Shown here: positions 1 through 13,625 of the stretch, one piece after another | Numbering within the stretch: position 1 is the first letter of the stretch | How the letters are laid out: the number at the start of each line of letters is the position of its first letter | From: Lama guanicoe | Lineage: Eukaryota | Direction: 5' to 3' | Assembly (NCBI GenBank): GCA_013239625.1 | Contig: MU053369.1 | Coordinates: 159,479 to 223,478 of the forward strand | Length of the DNA: 64,000 nucleotides | The notes under the pieces: model-generated | Database searches by the model: none | What the model saw: only the letters and a program-made list of their open reading frames with translations | What the model was told of the DNA's origin: nothing | Position numbers and translations under genes: made by a program

Positions 1-2229
1 TCCCATCCAATGCTGCCTTCTACCCCGTGGCCCCTCTAGTCACCAGCGGCCTCTGGGTCACTGAATTGCTGGCACGGTCTCAGGCCCCAGCTCACCTGCC
101 TGTCTGCCGCCTCTGCCACCGCTGGTGGGGCGGGGCGGGGGGGCAGAGGGCACCTCTTGTCCTAGAAGAGAACACAGCACAGACTCAGTGACCAGCAGCA
201 GGTGTGGCCGGGACCTGCAGGACTGGGGGGAGAGCCAGACTGTCTGCATCCAGACCGGGGGCACTTGGAGTGTGAAGAAGCCCAGTCCTCACTGCCCCTG
301 AAGTGAGGAAAACACCCTCAGGTGAGTTAAAGTGCTTATGACCTAGGTCTGTTGGCTGGAAAGGACAAACGGGCCCCTAAGGGGAGGGTAGTTGATGTTC
401 CAGGCCCCACCAAGGCCCTAAGGGCTGGCGGGGAACCAGGCTGGACGCTCCACTGGACCCAGTGCCCCCTCGGGGGTGGGGCCTTCGGGAACAAGCAGAA
501 AACCCTCGGTCTCTGGGGGGAACGGGGCAGTGTGGGAGCATCCCTGCAGCGAGTCAAGTGAAGTCAGGGCCTGTGGGATCCGTTTTCATGGCCACATCGA
601 GCCTCAGCAGAAGCCACAGCAGGAGTGGATTCCTGTCTCTCCAGCTGCCATCGTATCTGAGTGCCAGGCTTCAGACCCAATCCCCTGGGGCTCTAGGACA
701 GTTATAGACAGAGCCGGCTCAGGGAGGCCTCAAGAGGGCGGTACTGGCCTTCCTGCCGACATGATTACACGAAGATCAAACAATCCATCGATGGGAAGAA
801 AATAAGAACCATGGTCACATCTGGACCCCAAGCTTAGACGTGGTGTATGGGTGACATTTATCGACAATCCAGCGAGGTTCTGGCCAGAGCTAGAGGCCAG
901 GGCAGCAAGACGGGAGTGGCACTAAGGAGCATCGTGGCGCAGAGGCTGGACTGGGGGTCTGCAGGCTCCTCCCAGGAGGAGACTTAGTGTTTGGGAGGTG
1001 GCTAACATGTCTCCTTCGTGTCACCAGCAAGTGATGCCACCTGCAGAAAATCAGCTATAATCCTGAGCCGGATCAGCCCTGGGTGATGTGATAAAGGCTC
1101 CTACAAGAGGGGGCGACAGATGGATAGTGAGCCAACCAACAGGCTGATGAATTTCTGGCCTGTGTTTATCGGGCTTTCGTATCAAGAATGAGGAGAGAAT
1201 TGAATGGCTCACCATGAAGAGTTTAACAACTTAAGAAGGTTCCGTGTCTCACTCAGAGGAATTCTGGAGGTGTTTAGACCCAGTGGAGACTAACGTCCTC
1301 TTGGTTCCTCATCAACCTGGCAAACCCCCAGCCCTCTATGACCAGACCATGGCAAGTGCCTTCCCTTGTTATAACAAAAACCTTTCCACCCACACCTGTG
1401 GTAAGCTTTTATTTTTTTTTAATTAATGGGAAAGAAGATACCTTACAGCCTCCTCAGACCTCTCCTTAGGGCTTCTGTCCTTAGATCACGTCAAGGGGGC
1501 CTGCTGCCCTTGGTCCTGCACTACAGAGGGTCCCTCTGTCTCTGACACTTCCTCTGGCCACGCCCTCCATGGGGTGGAGTCAGCATGGCAAGGGGACATG
1601 GTCATTGGGTCCATCCCATGCTCTAGAAACCCAGGACCTCGAATGCCCTGCCTCAGCAGCCCCTGACCCATTTCTAGTTCCTGCACAGGCTCTCCCCGGA
1701 GTTCAGATCCCCAGGACTCACAGAGAGGCCAAAGGGCAGCTGTTTGCATAGAGGGTATGAGCAGAGCCCGGACGTGAGGACTGTGTCCCCCTGTGCACAT
1801 CCAAGGCCACTTGTGGCAAGGGATGGACCCAGCATTGGGAAGAAAAGGGTCAGGCTAGTGATCAGAGACTGGGAATCAGCTCTCCCCACACGCTCACTTT
1901 CTTTGCCGGACTTCCCTGTGTCTGGGAATTCTAAATTTGAACCCGGCCTTCCCCCTTATAATGAATGTATATTTGTAAAGGCAGGACTTTAGAACCTACT
2001 GCACTTAACATGTTTACATATATAGGATGTGAGCTTCCAGGTATGCTCTGGTCCTGCACTTCCAAAAGTCCAGAGCAGTTATGTTGGCTCTACTGAGACT
2101 GTAAGTGGTAAAGACCATCTCCAGAGAGGAGGGGCTCCTGCTTCACACTCCAAAGTCAGGAACTTCTGAGTGGATAAATCAATGGACACCGTGACCCTCA
2201 ATTGTAAATTGATTTAGAATAACGCCAAA

Positions 2230-2455
2230 GTGTGTATGACGTGTGTGTGCGCACGTACACACCTGGGGACGTGTGTCGTACATGACTCTGTGTGTGTGTG
2301 CACACGCGCACCTGGGGATGTATGTGGTTTGTATGTTATGTGTGTGTGTGCGCCTGAGGACGTGTGTGGTATATGACTCCATGTGTGTGTGCGCGTGGGG
2401 ATGTATGTGGAGCAGAGCCAGTGTGTCTTCACGTGTGTTTGTGTGTACGTACATG
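2230..2455. repeat. TG-rich degenerate minisatellite, about four units of 45-50 bp
   Basis: Repeated gtgtgtgtgc...cctggggaYgtRtgtgg...atgact. Confidence 0.75.
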
Positions 2456-3468
2456 CATTGGTTTTAATAGTAGAAGTTGTCCTTTAGAATTATGTAGTAA
2501 TAAAAATTGTATGATGTCCTTTGCTGTATAATTCAAAATTAAAATAATCTTCAATCACCAGAAATTTAGTCCCCCACAGATTCTGATTTTTTTTTTTCCA
2601 TATTGATTATGTCTTCATTTTACTGATGAGGAAACTGTAGCTTATAGATGTCAACTGACTCAACTAAGGGCATGGAGCTCGCGCGCCCAGGGCCAGGACG
2701 CAGTCCAAGCCGCGCTGCTCCAGAGGCCTGGAGCCCGGCTCACGATCACGCGTTGCCTCTTGGCGGGGGAACAGATTCTGATGGGCTGTGGCCAGCGTGC
2801 AGGCTGCCCAAGCCGGGGACTCGGGAAGCCGGGCACAGAGTACCAGACAGCAGAAAAGAGTGAAGGGTTGCTCAGAAGTCAGATAGGTTCCTAGGTCTTG
2901 GATGAGGAAGGAGGCTCACTGCTCATCCTTGATCACTTTGCTGGTGGCTAAAAGGGACAAAGGCCCACGAGAGCACTTCTGGGAGCTGCCTGCCAAAACC
3001 TGGAAAAGGACTGCTCAGGACTGGCTCTACAGTAAGAGCAGAGGAAGGAAATGTCGCCTCCTGGTGGACATCCTTGATGATGGCAGTAGGAGGCCTAGCA
3101 GCCTTGGTATAGAGGTGGCAGGACAAGGTCCTAGTGGATGATCGTTTTCATGTGTCTTAAAAATAATTGCTTCATATATTTTATCCATTTTGTGGTTTAT
3201 TTTAGGATGGTAAATACGGTCTCTGTTACTCCATATTACCTGGATTGATTAATTTTTTTATTGTTAATTTTCTCTTTAGTGATTTGGAAGCTATATTGCC
3301 TCTTAATGAAAATTCTCTCTAAATTTTTATAAATCATCTCTAAGTTCATAACTTTATCTGTAATTGGATCAGTATTCCTATAAGAGTCTCAAAAATGAAA
3401 TAATCTATTAGATCCTGTTCCTCAATAATGATAAATTTAGCATATTTTACCTCTCTGCTGTTCCAAAT

Positions 3469-3503
3469 TGTGTGTGTGTGTGTGTGTGTGGGTGTGTGTA
3501 TGT
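3469..3503. repeat. (TG)n microsatellite
   Basis: Direct observation. Confidence 0.9.
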
Positions 3504-4642
3504 TTGTGCTCCAGTTACTACTTTTTAGACAGTTGCTTTAAGTTTGTTACATTAACAAAGAAAATATAGGTATATACATCTTGGATTTCATTGCTCACTA
3601 CCAATATTTAATCCCATGTCTTTCCCACTTTTGAGTTATTTACTTATTGGGATTTCCCAATCAACTGGACACATGATTGACTAATTTTTTTTGAGCGGTG
3701 GACATGGAGCACTTACATATCTATATGCAGATGTATGTTCTCCTCATCAACAACTCTCACCGTGTTGTTGATGTTCCAAGCCTTGTTTTAAATTAAGGCA
3801 TTGTTTTTCATCACCAAAAAAAAAAATTTCTTAATTTAAGGTGCTGTCTTTTTATGGCTGGCTAGTCTTGTATGNNNNNNNNNNNNNNNNNNNNNNNNNN
3901 NNNNNNNNNNNNNNNNNNNNNNNNNNNNNNNNNNNNNNNNNNNNNNNNNNNNNNNNNNNNNNNNNNNNNNNNNNNNNNNNNNNNNNNNNNNNNNNNNNNN
4001 NNNNNNNNNNNNNNNNNNNNNNNNNNNNNNNNNNNNNNNNNNNNNNNNNNNNNNNNNAAAGGTGGTTCAGAGATGTGTGGCTCCCTGTCCAAAGGTCCAA
4101 AGGAAGAGAAAAGGAAAGATTCCTGTTTCTGGTGGTTACATTTTGTAAGCTTAAAGATCTAGTTATCAGTGTGGCTGCGGTGGAATCTGCAATATCTTGG
4201 CTCAGAGTTTCCTTTTTCTGGCTTACTAGGAGAGCCACATTAGCTGAATTCACGGCGCTGTGGCCGTTGTCAGGATCCCGGGGCTGAGGCAGCCCCTCTC
4301 ACTCCTTGTTATTTTGATCTTGCAAACTGGGTCCCAGCTATGGGAACCCTGCACCTGGTGGCCAGGATCGCCCCACACGTGACGTGTCCCCAGTTCCTCG
4401 GCGTCCCTCACCGCTATCAGCTAACTCCAGTAAGGGTACAAGCCTGCTTCCACTGCGGTCCTTCCTCCTTCCTCTCCAGGCAGGCCCTCCTTTCCCACTA
4501 GTTGGCCCTAAGCCTTCTCTCCTGCGCTACATATGCTGAAGGAATTTCTCAGGATTTCCAGCAGGTAGATGGCGCTCTTCTATGTTTGGACTCCTTCAGT
4601 GCTTGCAGTGGAAGTTTAGGAGGTGGGAAGGAGGAGTTTGGA

Positions 4643-5104
4643 GGTTCTCCGTATCTAGGGGCTCCCTATCCAGCAGATTAAACTAACTGTGGATTGAAAA
4701 TATTCGGGAAAAAACAGAAAGTTTCAAAAAGCAACACTTGAATTTGCCATACACTGGCAACTACTTACATAGCATTCATGTTGTATTAGAAACCATGAGT
4801 AATCTAGAGATAATTTAAAGTACACAGGAGGACACAGTGAAAGAGAAAGTGACAACAAATATATGTGTATATTCATGTATAACTGAAAACTTGTGCTGTA
4901 TGCTGGAATTTGATACAACATTGTAAAATGACTATAACTCAATAAAAAAAAGTCTGTATATATAAGAAAAAAGTACATGGGAGGATGTACATGAGTTTCA
5001 TGCAAGTCCTATGTCATTTTATACAAGAGGCGTCAGCATCCATGGATGTTGACGTCTGGGGGGAGTCCTGGAACCAGTGCCCCATGGTTACCAAGGGATG
5101 ACTG
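4643..5104 (-). mobile_element. MER2-family (TcMar-Tigger) DNA transposon fossil, interrupted by an L1 fragment
   Basis: Matches recalled MER2 motifs on the reverse strand: gtggattgaaaatattcggg, taatctagagataatttaaagta, gtcctggaaccagtgccccatggttaccaagggatgactg. Confidence 0.8.
4833..4969 (+). mobile_element. 5'-truncated L1 3' end nested in the MER2 element
   Basis: tgtataactgaaaacttgtgctgta...acaacattgtaaaatgactataactcaataaaaaa, flanked by a 16-bp TSD at a TT|AAAG site. Confidence 0.85.
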
Positions 5105-5309
5105 GAAGTCCAGGCTCCTTATCCCAGCCTGTCAGGTCCCCACGTGGTCTGAATCCTACCTATACCACACTTCCCTTGTCACTCTCCTCCAGCCCTGGTA
5201 GACTGCCCTCAGATTCTTGAATAGGGCACACTCACTGCGCTTCATGTCCGGACCCTAGAAATACCCATTACTTTCTAAGCATGGCTCTGCTTTCAAAAAA
5301 TGGGCTGCA

Positions 5310-5790
5310 TTGTCACTAGAGAAGACAGTGTGGAATTTCCTTTAAAAACTGAAAATGGGCTTAACTCATGATCCAGCCTTCCCACTCCCGGGCATATGTC
5401 AGAAGAAAACTCTAGTTCAAAAATTCACATGCACCTCAATGCTCACAGCAGCACTATTTATAATAGCCAGGACATGGCAACAAACCAAACGTCCATCGAC
5501 AGCTGACTGGATAAAGAAGTAGTAGTATATTTCTACAATGGAATACTACGCAGCCATGAAAAAACAAAATAATATCATTTGCAGCAACATGGATGGATGT
5601 AGAGATAGTCATTCTAAGTGAAGTAAGCCAGAAAAAGAGAAAAATGCCATATGATATAACTTATATGTGGAATCTAAAAAAGACACAGATGAACTTAGCT
5701 ACAAAAGAGAAACAGACCCACAGACATAGAGAAACAAACTTGAGGTTACCAGGGAAAGAAGGGGATGGGAAGGGATAAATATGGGAATTC
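5310..5790 (+). mobile_element. L1 fragment (ORF2 C-terminus and 3'UTR, artiodactyl type)
   Basis: Typical motifs: catgatccagc..cccactcc.gggcatat, atggaatactac.cagccat, tttgcagcaacatggatgga, cttatatgtggaatctaaaaaa. Confidence 0.9.
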
Positions 5791-5804
5791 GAAAAGTGCC
5801 CCTC

Positions 5805-5940
5805 TTGGGGAGTTATGGAAATGTTAGCTATCTTGATTGTGGTGATGGTTTTCTGGGTGTAGACATTTATCAAATTCATCAAATAGTACATGTGAAATAT
5901 GTGTAATTTACTGTACAGGAATCATACCACAATAAAGGTG
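5805..5940 (+). mobile_element. Old L1M 3' end fragment
   Basis: atggaaatgtt..tatcttgattgtggtgatggtt...tcaaattcatcaaat...caataaag. Confidence 0.7.
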
Positions 5941-8067
5941 CCTGTAAAAGAACAAGAAAACATTGGCGGCATTGTTTCATACGTTTTTCTGTGTCTTCAG
6001 TGAGTGGGTCTTCAAGTTTCTGGTCTCCCATATATTCTGAACCAGAAGTGCCCTCCTTCCTTTTTCTTTGGCAAACTGTCAGTGGGTGGCATTTATTCCC
6101 GTGGCTTCAACTGCTCTCTGTCCAATGATTAACTGTCAAATCTTTTCCAGCATGGACATCTCAGTTCAGTCCCAGAAATATACTTCTAATTGACAAGTAG
6201 ACATTCCCATTTGATTAGCCCATAAAAATCTCAAGCTCTGTATGTTTGGATTTACACTCGCTCAGAACTAGGTTTACTTCTTCAAACAATGGCATCACTA
6301 TCCCATCTGTTTTCCGTGCCATACATCTGGGAGTTTTCCTTTACTTTGCCACTCCCTCACTCCCGTCAGCACTACAATTCTATTCCTTAATGTCCCCCAA
6401 CTGAGTCCCCGCCACTTGCTCCCCACTGCATTAATTCCCACCCCTTGCTAGTCTCCCCAGTGCTGTTCTTTACAGTGAACAATCCACTTTGCTCACTTTT
6501 AATGACTAATCTGTGTCACTCTCCTCCTTAAAACCCCAAAGAATTCCCCGCTGCGTATGTGAGGAAGTCCACGCTCCCTGATTTAACGTCACACCTTCCC
6601 ATCACCTAGTTGCTGCTTTTTTTCAGCCTCAGCTTCCGTTAGTTCCCCACAGCCTCTAGCCTCACTGACCTTCCTTCCCTAAGTGCAAAGACTCTTAGAC
6701 AAGACCTCTGCACTAGACACGCAAGCTGCCGAGAATCCCGTGCCCAGCACGCACTCTCCTGGTCTAGAGATTTGCTGGAATCCATCAGATGTCAGTGCAG
6801 AAAGCATTTCCTCTCTGACACCTTCCCTACCTTCTAGAACCCAGCACCAGGCAGTGCAAGAGCCCTTCTGAACATACAGTATACATGATGCCAAGTGACA
6901 ATTGCCACATTGTTTTGAAAATCTATTTAAATTTGTCTCTTCCACGACACACTGTGATCTCCTTGAGGGATGGGGGGCTGTGTGGTATTTGTCTAGACAG
7001 CTAATGTCTGGCACAGACCCCGGGCCATTAGAAACAGTCGGCTGACTCATCAAGAATTGTCGTTTTTGCGATGTAAGAAAGACTACATGATCTCTGATCT
7101 TACACCATTTGTCAAGGTTCAAAATAATTTCCCATAGAACTACACAGGCAAAATATGTGTATTCTTTTCCTCTTTGTGAGCCCGACATCATAGGCATCCT
7201 GGAACGTAGGTGTCACTCTAAGCTGTCTGCCCCCTAGGCTGTCACGTCCAGCTTCAACAAATTTTTTAGAAGTTGTAGGGATACGTGTACTTCACCCCGT
7301 CTTACAGCAAACGGCGCTTCAGCCTGACCAAGTTTAATGTCCATATAAAAATCAGAAATCTTCCAAACTGAAGCCTGAAGAAACATTTCCCGTCTCTCCT
7401 TCCAGTATGTCTGCCATCTGTATCCCACATCCCCACTGCTCGTCTGCGTCAGGCCACCTTCCATCTAGAAACATTTTCAGTGGGACTCTTGGATGAGAAC
7501 TAATTACAGCAATCATGAAAATGGCCCCACGAACGTAAGCTCTGCACAACAAGGATGCTTTGACCGGAGGCCTCAGCCGTGGCCTGCAGGGTCTGTTCAC
7601 GTGTTCTGCCTGGCTTCCCTGCAGACGTTCTGCAGAAAATCAAGCCGCAGTTAAAGTCATAGAAGGCCCAAGAAATCCAGAAAAATGGAATGAGATTCAT
7701 CTCCTTGGGAATATTTTTGAAAACCATCCACTAATAGGAAGAAGAGCTTTAAGAGGTTCGTTTCAGAGCAGATGATGTCCAACTGCCGGTGGGTCAGTTT
7801 TGTCATTGTTGCTCGCTAGTTGGCTTTCTGCTGCTTCTAACACGCCGCTGTTTAGAGAAGTGGCCTGAGTCGGCCCTCAGAGCAGAAAGGTGAGCTGCGC
7901 CTGGAGACAGTCAAGCTCTTCTGCTGTGTAGTGACCCGCTGAGAAGGAAGGGATGGCCCAGGGCTTCCTCTGTCTCTCTCCCTCAGTTATAAACTCTATG
8001 AATGGAAAATGGAACAAAAAATCTTAATTCAATATGGTATTGTCAAAGTATAAAAATAATTGTCTTT

Positions 8068-8170
8068 GGAGGGATTGGTATAGTTCAAGGGCTAGAGTAC
8101 GTCCTGGGTTCAATTCGCAGTAACTCGATGTAAAAAAATAAATAAATAAAAATTCTTTAAAAAAAAATAA
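8068..8170 (+). mobile_element. Degenerate Vic-1-like SINE with internal deletion
   Basis: ggtatagttcaagggctagagtac...gtcctgggttcaattcgcagta followed by an (aaat)n tail. Confidence 0.65.
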
Positions 8171-9308
8171 GGAAAAGAACAAAGAAGAAAAGAGATCTCA
8201 AACAATCCAAGTTTAAAAAGAAAAAAAAAAGTCTTTTAAAAATAGTAGTCAGTTCGGTCCTTTGCTAGATTAGGAGTTTGGGATTAACAGGTACACACTA
8301 CTATGTAGAAAATAAATAACCAATTCCCAGGTCCTTAATAACCTAGTTCAACCTGAATCCTTTCTCTTTTTTCCCCTAAGCAACCCGTGGAAGCCTCTGA
8401 AATTCTCATCTTATAAAAGAATTCATTTAAAGGCGGTTTGAAAGTTACTGGTTAAAACAGTTATTTGTGGTTCCATGAATATAGGTCTAGTAAGAAAGAC
8501 AGACAATAAACCAGTAAGCAAATAAATATATGACGTACTGCCAGGGACTAATAGTTGCCACAAAGAAACATAAAACATATTAGGAGAGAAAATGATTGAA
8601 TAGGAAATATGTGTGTGCTATTTTAAATAATGTGGTCAGATAAGTCCTCTCTGAGGGTAAAATAATTTGAACAAAGTCCTGAATGAAGATACCAAAAATG
8701 TCTTTGAAGAGCTTTTCTAAGACTGGGCTTGTAAAGAGACTGTTAGTTGGCAGAGACACTCTTCTCACCCATAGTCCCTCTCCTAAGGTTGGAAAGGACC
8801 AGCATTTCCCCTGTGTGCAGTCCTGGTGCTTCAAGTGAGTTGTGGCGTAGGGCGGTGCACATGGGGCTGCCTTCAGTTTGTCCATCCTAAGTAACCCCTG
8901 GCAGTCAAAGGCCGAGTGTCTTGCAACGACATGAACAATTCGCCATCGTCTCAGGGGTGTGTGCTCATCTCAGCTCATCCTGGCTCAGGTGATGGTAGAG
9001 CAGGGAGTGGTGGCAAGAGGTCAGCCATGAGTAGCAAGGAGCACCTGTAGTCAGCTGGGTCCCAAGTGGCTAGGAGTTGCAGATGGAATTCCCAGGACTT
9101 CCCACAGCTCATTCATTCAGCTACTACTACTCCAGCACCTGTGATGTGCTGGTGCTTCCTTTGTGAACAGAACCAATTCCCTGTCCTCATGAAGATGATG
9201 TTCTAGTGGACATAAGAATTGATAAACGCAGAAGCAGATCCAGGTCAGGACACATGAGTGCTGTCTACTATGGAGTGCACAAGGTGAGATCCTTTGGGAA
9301 GGAATGTA

Positions 9309-9918
9309 TGATACAGGAAAATGTGGGGGAGAGGATGGCCGTATTCCAGGTCTGATTTGGGCCCCTGAGATGCACCTCGTGAAGTGTGGGTCCTTGGTTT
9401 GCACAGGAACGAATTCAAGAGAGAGCCACAGTTCAGTAAATGTAGATTTATTCAGAGAGAGATATACTCCACAGACAGAGTGGGCTGTTTCAAAAGGCAA
9501 GAGAAAAGCCATGAGGCGTGGGGTTTGGGTGCTCCAGTTTAAAGTAAAAGTAGATACACACTCCACAGACAGAGTGTGGGCTGTCTCCCTCAGCAGAGAG
9601 AGCAGCCACGAGGTGTGGTTGTTAGTTTTTATGCACTCAGTATCTTCATATGCTTATAAGTGGGAGGAATATTCCAACTGCTGTGGGGAAGGTATTGGGA
9701 TTCCCAGAAATTGGGCCACCACTCATCCTTTGACCTTTCATGGTCAGCCTTGAACCTGTCCTGGCACCTGTGGGAGTGCCATTTAGCATCCTGCTGTATT
9801 TCGGAGAGTGTGTATTGAAGCTCAAGATCTACTGGGAGTTGACTTTTCCACCGTCTTGGTGCTGATGGCTGTGCCATTCTTTTAATGGCTGTGCCTGGCC
9901 CCCTTCCCTCCTGTCTCA
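9309..9918 (-). mobile_element. Solo ERV1-type LTR
   Basis: TG...CA ends (minus strand begins tgagacaggagggaagggg), AATAAA on the minus strand near 9,447-9,452, imperfect 4-bp TSD tgta/tgaa, and an internal duplication of ctccacagacagagt. Confidence 0.75.
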
Positions 9919-11875
9919 TGAAGGAGCTCTGGATTGATTGAACAATTGAAGAGCAGGGGACAGAGCGGAAAGAACTTCATAAGTGGAAGGTGGGAGGCAG
10001 TGTTGGCAGTAGAATTTTCAAGTCAATCACAAAGTAAGGGTCTTCTGTTTGCTGGGGGTGCCTGGTGTCACATTAGGGAGCTGTGAGCCTTGGGGACATC
10101 AGTGAGTGGGAGGATCACTGTATATACTGTGTTGCGTCTTAGGCGGTCCGAGGACAGTTGGCTCTATAAGCCATTCACTCAAGCAGAGGTCTCTTAGGGT
10201 ATTTTCTGCACGTGAGGCAAACATGGGTCACATGGGGTCAGCACCGGCCAGTCACAGCTTGGTTCACAGTCACCTAGTGCCCTCAAGGCTTTCATCCCAT
10301 GGATGCATCACCTCCCCCTGGATGGGGACAAGGGCACAAGTGGTGGGGCAGCTTCTCAGTGGTGGAGGCATTGCTCTCCAGACCCAACACTCAACGTCAT
10401 GGACCCCTGGTGTTAGCCACAGTCCTGGCTAGATGCGGCTGTTGGGTAGCTGAGCTCATGAGACGTGGGTGCCATGCTTCCACTCTCACCAAGAGCTCTA
10501 CTTTTGAAGGTTCTGGTCAGACAGCCACAAATACTCCCTAGCCTATAAATAAAGAACAGTCTCTTTCACTCGGGGAAGTACACACAGAAGGAGAACGGAT
10601 CACCCGAGAGCAGGAGAGGCCAAATCAGTCCTGCCATCAGGGGTCTGACAGACGAGCCAGCAAAGTTTTCTTACTAGTTGTTTATTTGGATGATCTGGGG
10701 TATTTGGGTGACCTGCAAGTGTCAGGAAATAGTACATGAGGGCTTTGTAGATTTTCTGGTTCAGGGTTAACTCACCCCATTGTAGCTGTCGTGCAAGGAA
10801 ACAAAACTTGGTGGACAGCAGGCCATGGCCTCTGCTCCCTGGTGGAGCCAGGAGATTACAATGGTAAGTACGACTGCGGGGGCATCATTTCTATGCTGAG
10901 AGGCCAAATGGCCTTACATATCTCTCATGCTGGATGTCTAAGTTGCAGAGGGAAACTAGATTCCATCCAGCCCTCCAGCCAAGGAGGAGACCAGAAGTGG
11001 CCTCCCCCACCAACTGTGAGCTCTTTGCCTCCACTGACGGCAGCATCTATAGCAAAAAGCTGGGCTGCCCCCTGCGTTTCCATGTAAACATCCGAGTAGC
11101 CACAGCAATGGCCTCGTGAGGGTTGGTGTGCCCAAGGAAGGGACGGAGGGAGGAGTGCCGGGGTCAGACACCAGGCGGGCAGTCAGGCAGTGACGGCATC
11201 TGTGCAGCGCAGGCGCCATGGAGTTGAGCCAAAGGGAGGCGGGTTTTGGAGCAGGGAGCCTGGGAAGTGCCGTGTTGTTCGTAAGAAAATCCTGGGCTCT
11301 GGATCCACGAAGTCATTGGCTTGATTCCTGACCACAGCCCTCATCTTGGGCAAATGTTTGGAGCTTTCTGTGCCACTGTTTCTTGGTGTCCCAAATGGGG
11401 ACAATAGTAGCAATTACCTCTGAGAGTCAGGAGGTATAGATGTCATTTCATTTCACTCACAGCAGCCCACGAGCACGGTGCTAGGTCCCCCATTTTACAC
11501 GGGGCAGACGGGTAACCTTTTAATCAGTAATCACGCAGCTAAGAATGGTCAGAACCAGCATTTGAATTTGATCCCTGTGTCCAGATAATTTCTATTTTCA
11601 CTCTGTATTACTGGAAAACTAGTAAAGTCAGAACAAACACTGCTGGGAAGTGGGAGTTTGAAACATGTTTGTCGTCTTCGCCATTGGGGAGTGTTGAGTT
11701 CATGTTCCTCACAGCCCGTCCGAGGCTCCCTGCGTCTCCAGCTGCCCCTGGTGGGGTCTGCAGGGCTCTGGGCAGCTTCTCCTTGATCTCTACCCCCAAG
11801 GCTCTCTGCTCTCTCTACAGGTTGATTCTCAGCCCTGACTGATCAGTAGAGCTAATGTCTAAAAACAAAAAAGGT

Positions 11876-12000
11876 GGGGAGGGTACGGCTCAGTGGTAGA
11901 GCACGTGCTTAGCATGCAAGAGGTCCTGGGTTCAATTCCCAGTACCTCCATTAAAGTGAATAAATCTAACTACCCCACCAATAAAGGAAAGAAGTATTTT
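11876..12000 (+). mobile_element. tRNA-derived SINE, camelid Vic-1-like
   Basis: ggggagggtacggctcagtggtagagcacgtgcttagcatgcaagaggtcctgggttcaattcccagtacctcc contains A and B boxes, followed by an A-rich tail. Confidence 0.88.
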
Positions 12001-12129
12001 AAAAACAATAAGCAGTACAAAGTCCCCACTCCAGTCTGGAGTGCACTATTTTTTAAAGGCTACCAGATGCTTCCCATGTGCAGGAGGGTGAGAGCTAGCC
12101 CTCCACACCTCTTCTCTTGAGCTTGTCTA

Positions 12130-12950
12130 CTCACACCCATTAGCCTCTTGAAACAGGAAAAGTACATGGCTCAGCCTAGACCTTTCTCCCGATTTCAAGA
12201 CTTTCATTTGCCTACTGGACATCTCTCCTGGAGCCCACAGGCACCCAGCCAGAACTGAATCAGTTGTCTCCTCTCATGACTTGCCCCTCTCCCTGCCCTT
12301 CTTATTTCAGGGAATGGCACTATAATTTAGGACACTGCCAAAGCCAGAAAGCTGGCCGGCATCTTTGACCACTTCCTGTCCTTCCATCACAGCTGTGGCC
12401 AATCCATGCACTTGCTGAAATGTTTCCTTCTCTCTCCTCCTTGCGGGGCCTCAGCAGGCCTTCAAATGAACCTGCCAATAGGTCTCCCTGCCTCCATCTT
12501 GTCTCTTTCTAGATCACTTTGCATGTCACCTCTACATTGGAGGCACACAGAGTCCATTGTGACGTGCACCTGTGATCTCTCCACCTGGTTGCCTCACCTG
12601 CCTCTCACACCCTGTGCTCACTTCTAGACTATTTGCAGTTCCTGGAAGGGGCCTGGCTCTGTTTGGCCTCCCACCTTTGCATGTGCAGCTCCCCAGGGAG
12701 AAATGGCCTTAACATTATACCTTCCCCTGATCGCTTCTAGGACATCTCAGAACTCACCACAGTGGTTCTCTCCTCTGGGAGAGCCTTGGCTACAGTTCTG
12801 GCTCTCTGCCCCGAGCACTCTCTGCTGACTGTTATCCAAGCCCTCTTAAAACGCCTCCTCAGCCATCATTTCACAATGACTCCTGTGCACCTAGGAGCTC
12901 CCGGAAGCAGGGACTGTGTCTTTTTCCTCTTTATTCTCAGAGCATGGTAG
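12130..12950. mobile_element. L2 fragments
   Basis: tgcctactggacatctctcctgg, tcagggaatggcac, aataggtctccctgcctcca, gagctcccggaagcagggactgtgtc. Similar L2 debris lies near 6,090-7,040 and 31,800-32,800. Confidence 0.6.
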
Positions 12951-13520
12951 AGGCTCAGGTATAATGGTGGAGGGAACAGTGGTTATTCTGGAATTTCTCT
13001 AGAGTTGGGGCCTAGGGGTAACAGTCTGGTGGAAGAAGGGCTTAGGGGATTTACCCTGAAGCCACATTTTCAATTAACATTTCATGTTGTTTTTGTCTAC
13101 TATTTGAAGTTACGAGTCTTAAAACAGAATGACGATTTCTAAAAATTTCTTTACCGAAGATTGAGGAAAATGGCAGTTTTCCATATTTAAGAATATTATT
13201 TTAATTTTGTGTGACTGGGGTGGTGGAAAATAGAAATGCAGNNNNNNNNNNNNNNNNNNNNNNNNNNNNNNNNNNNNNNNNNNNNNNNNNNNNNNNNNNN
13301 NNNNNNNNNNNNNNNNNNNNNNNNNNNNNNNNNNNNNNTATTTAAGAATTTTAATTTTGTGTGACTGGGGTGGTGGAAAATAGAAATGCAGTGGTTACTA
13401 ATGCATTCTCATCCCCTTCCCCACCCTCAGGCCCTTCGGACAGAAGAGACAGAGGGATGAGAGGAGAAGACTTGGAGGGTGGACCGTGCACTGCTTTTAA
13501 ATCATGACAGTTACTTGTGC

Positions 13521-13625
13521 TTTTTTTTAACTTTCTTTTTTAATGGAGGTACTGCGGCTTGAACCCAGGACCGTGTACATGCTAAGCACGTGCTCTGCCA
13601 CTGAGCTATACCCACCCTCCCCCCC
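13521..13625 (-). mobile_element. tRNA-derived SINE, Vic-1-like
   Basis: Reverse-complement of the same SINE head, with a poly-T tail and a degenerate TSD (tacttgtg/tatttgtg). Confidence 0.85.

Noticed and set aside
3841..3857. gtgctgtctttttatgg resembling the 3' end of ANO6 exon 12
   Set aside because: Only 17 nt, with no upstream homology, no GT donor and out of exon order; probably chance.
7234..7775. Overlapping ORFs in repeat-free sequence as a possible exon or retrocopy
   Set aside because: I recognise no protein similarity in any frame; BLASTX would be needed.
11876..11950. tRNA gene
   Set aside because: A and B boxes are present, but it has an A-rich tail and dispersed decayed copies nearby, which identifies it as a SINE.
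13184..13391. ~55-bp direct repeat flanking N gap 13,242-13,338
   Set aside because: This is the typical unmerged contig-end overlap (allelic 5-bp difference) and is most likely an assembly artefact.
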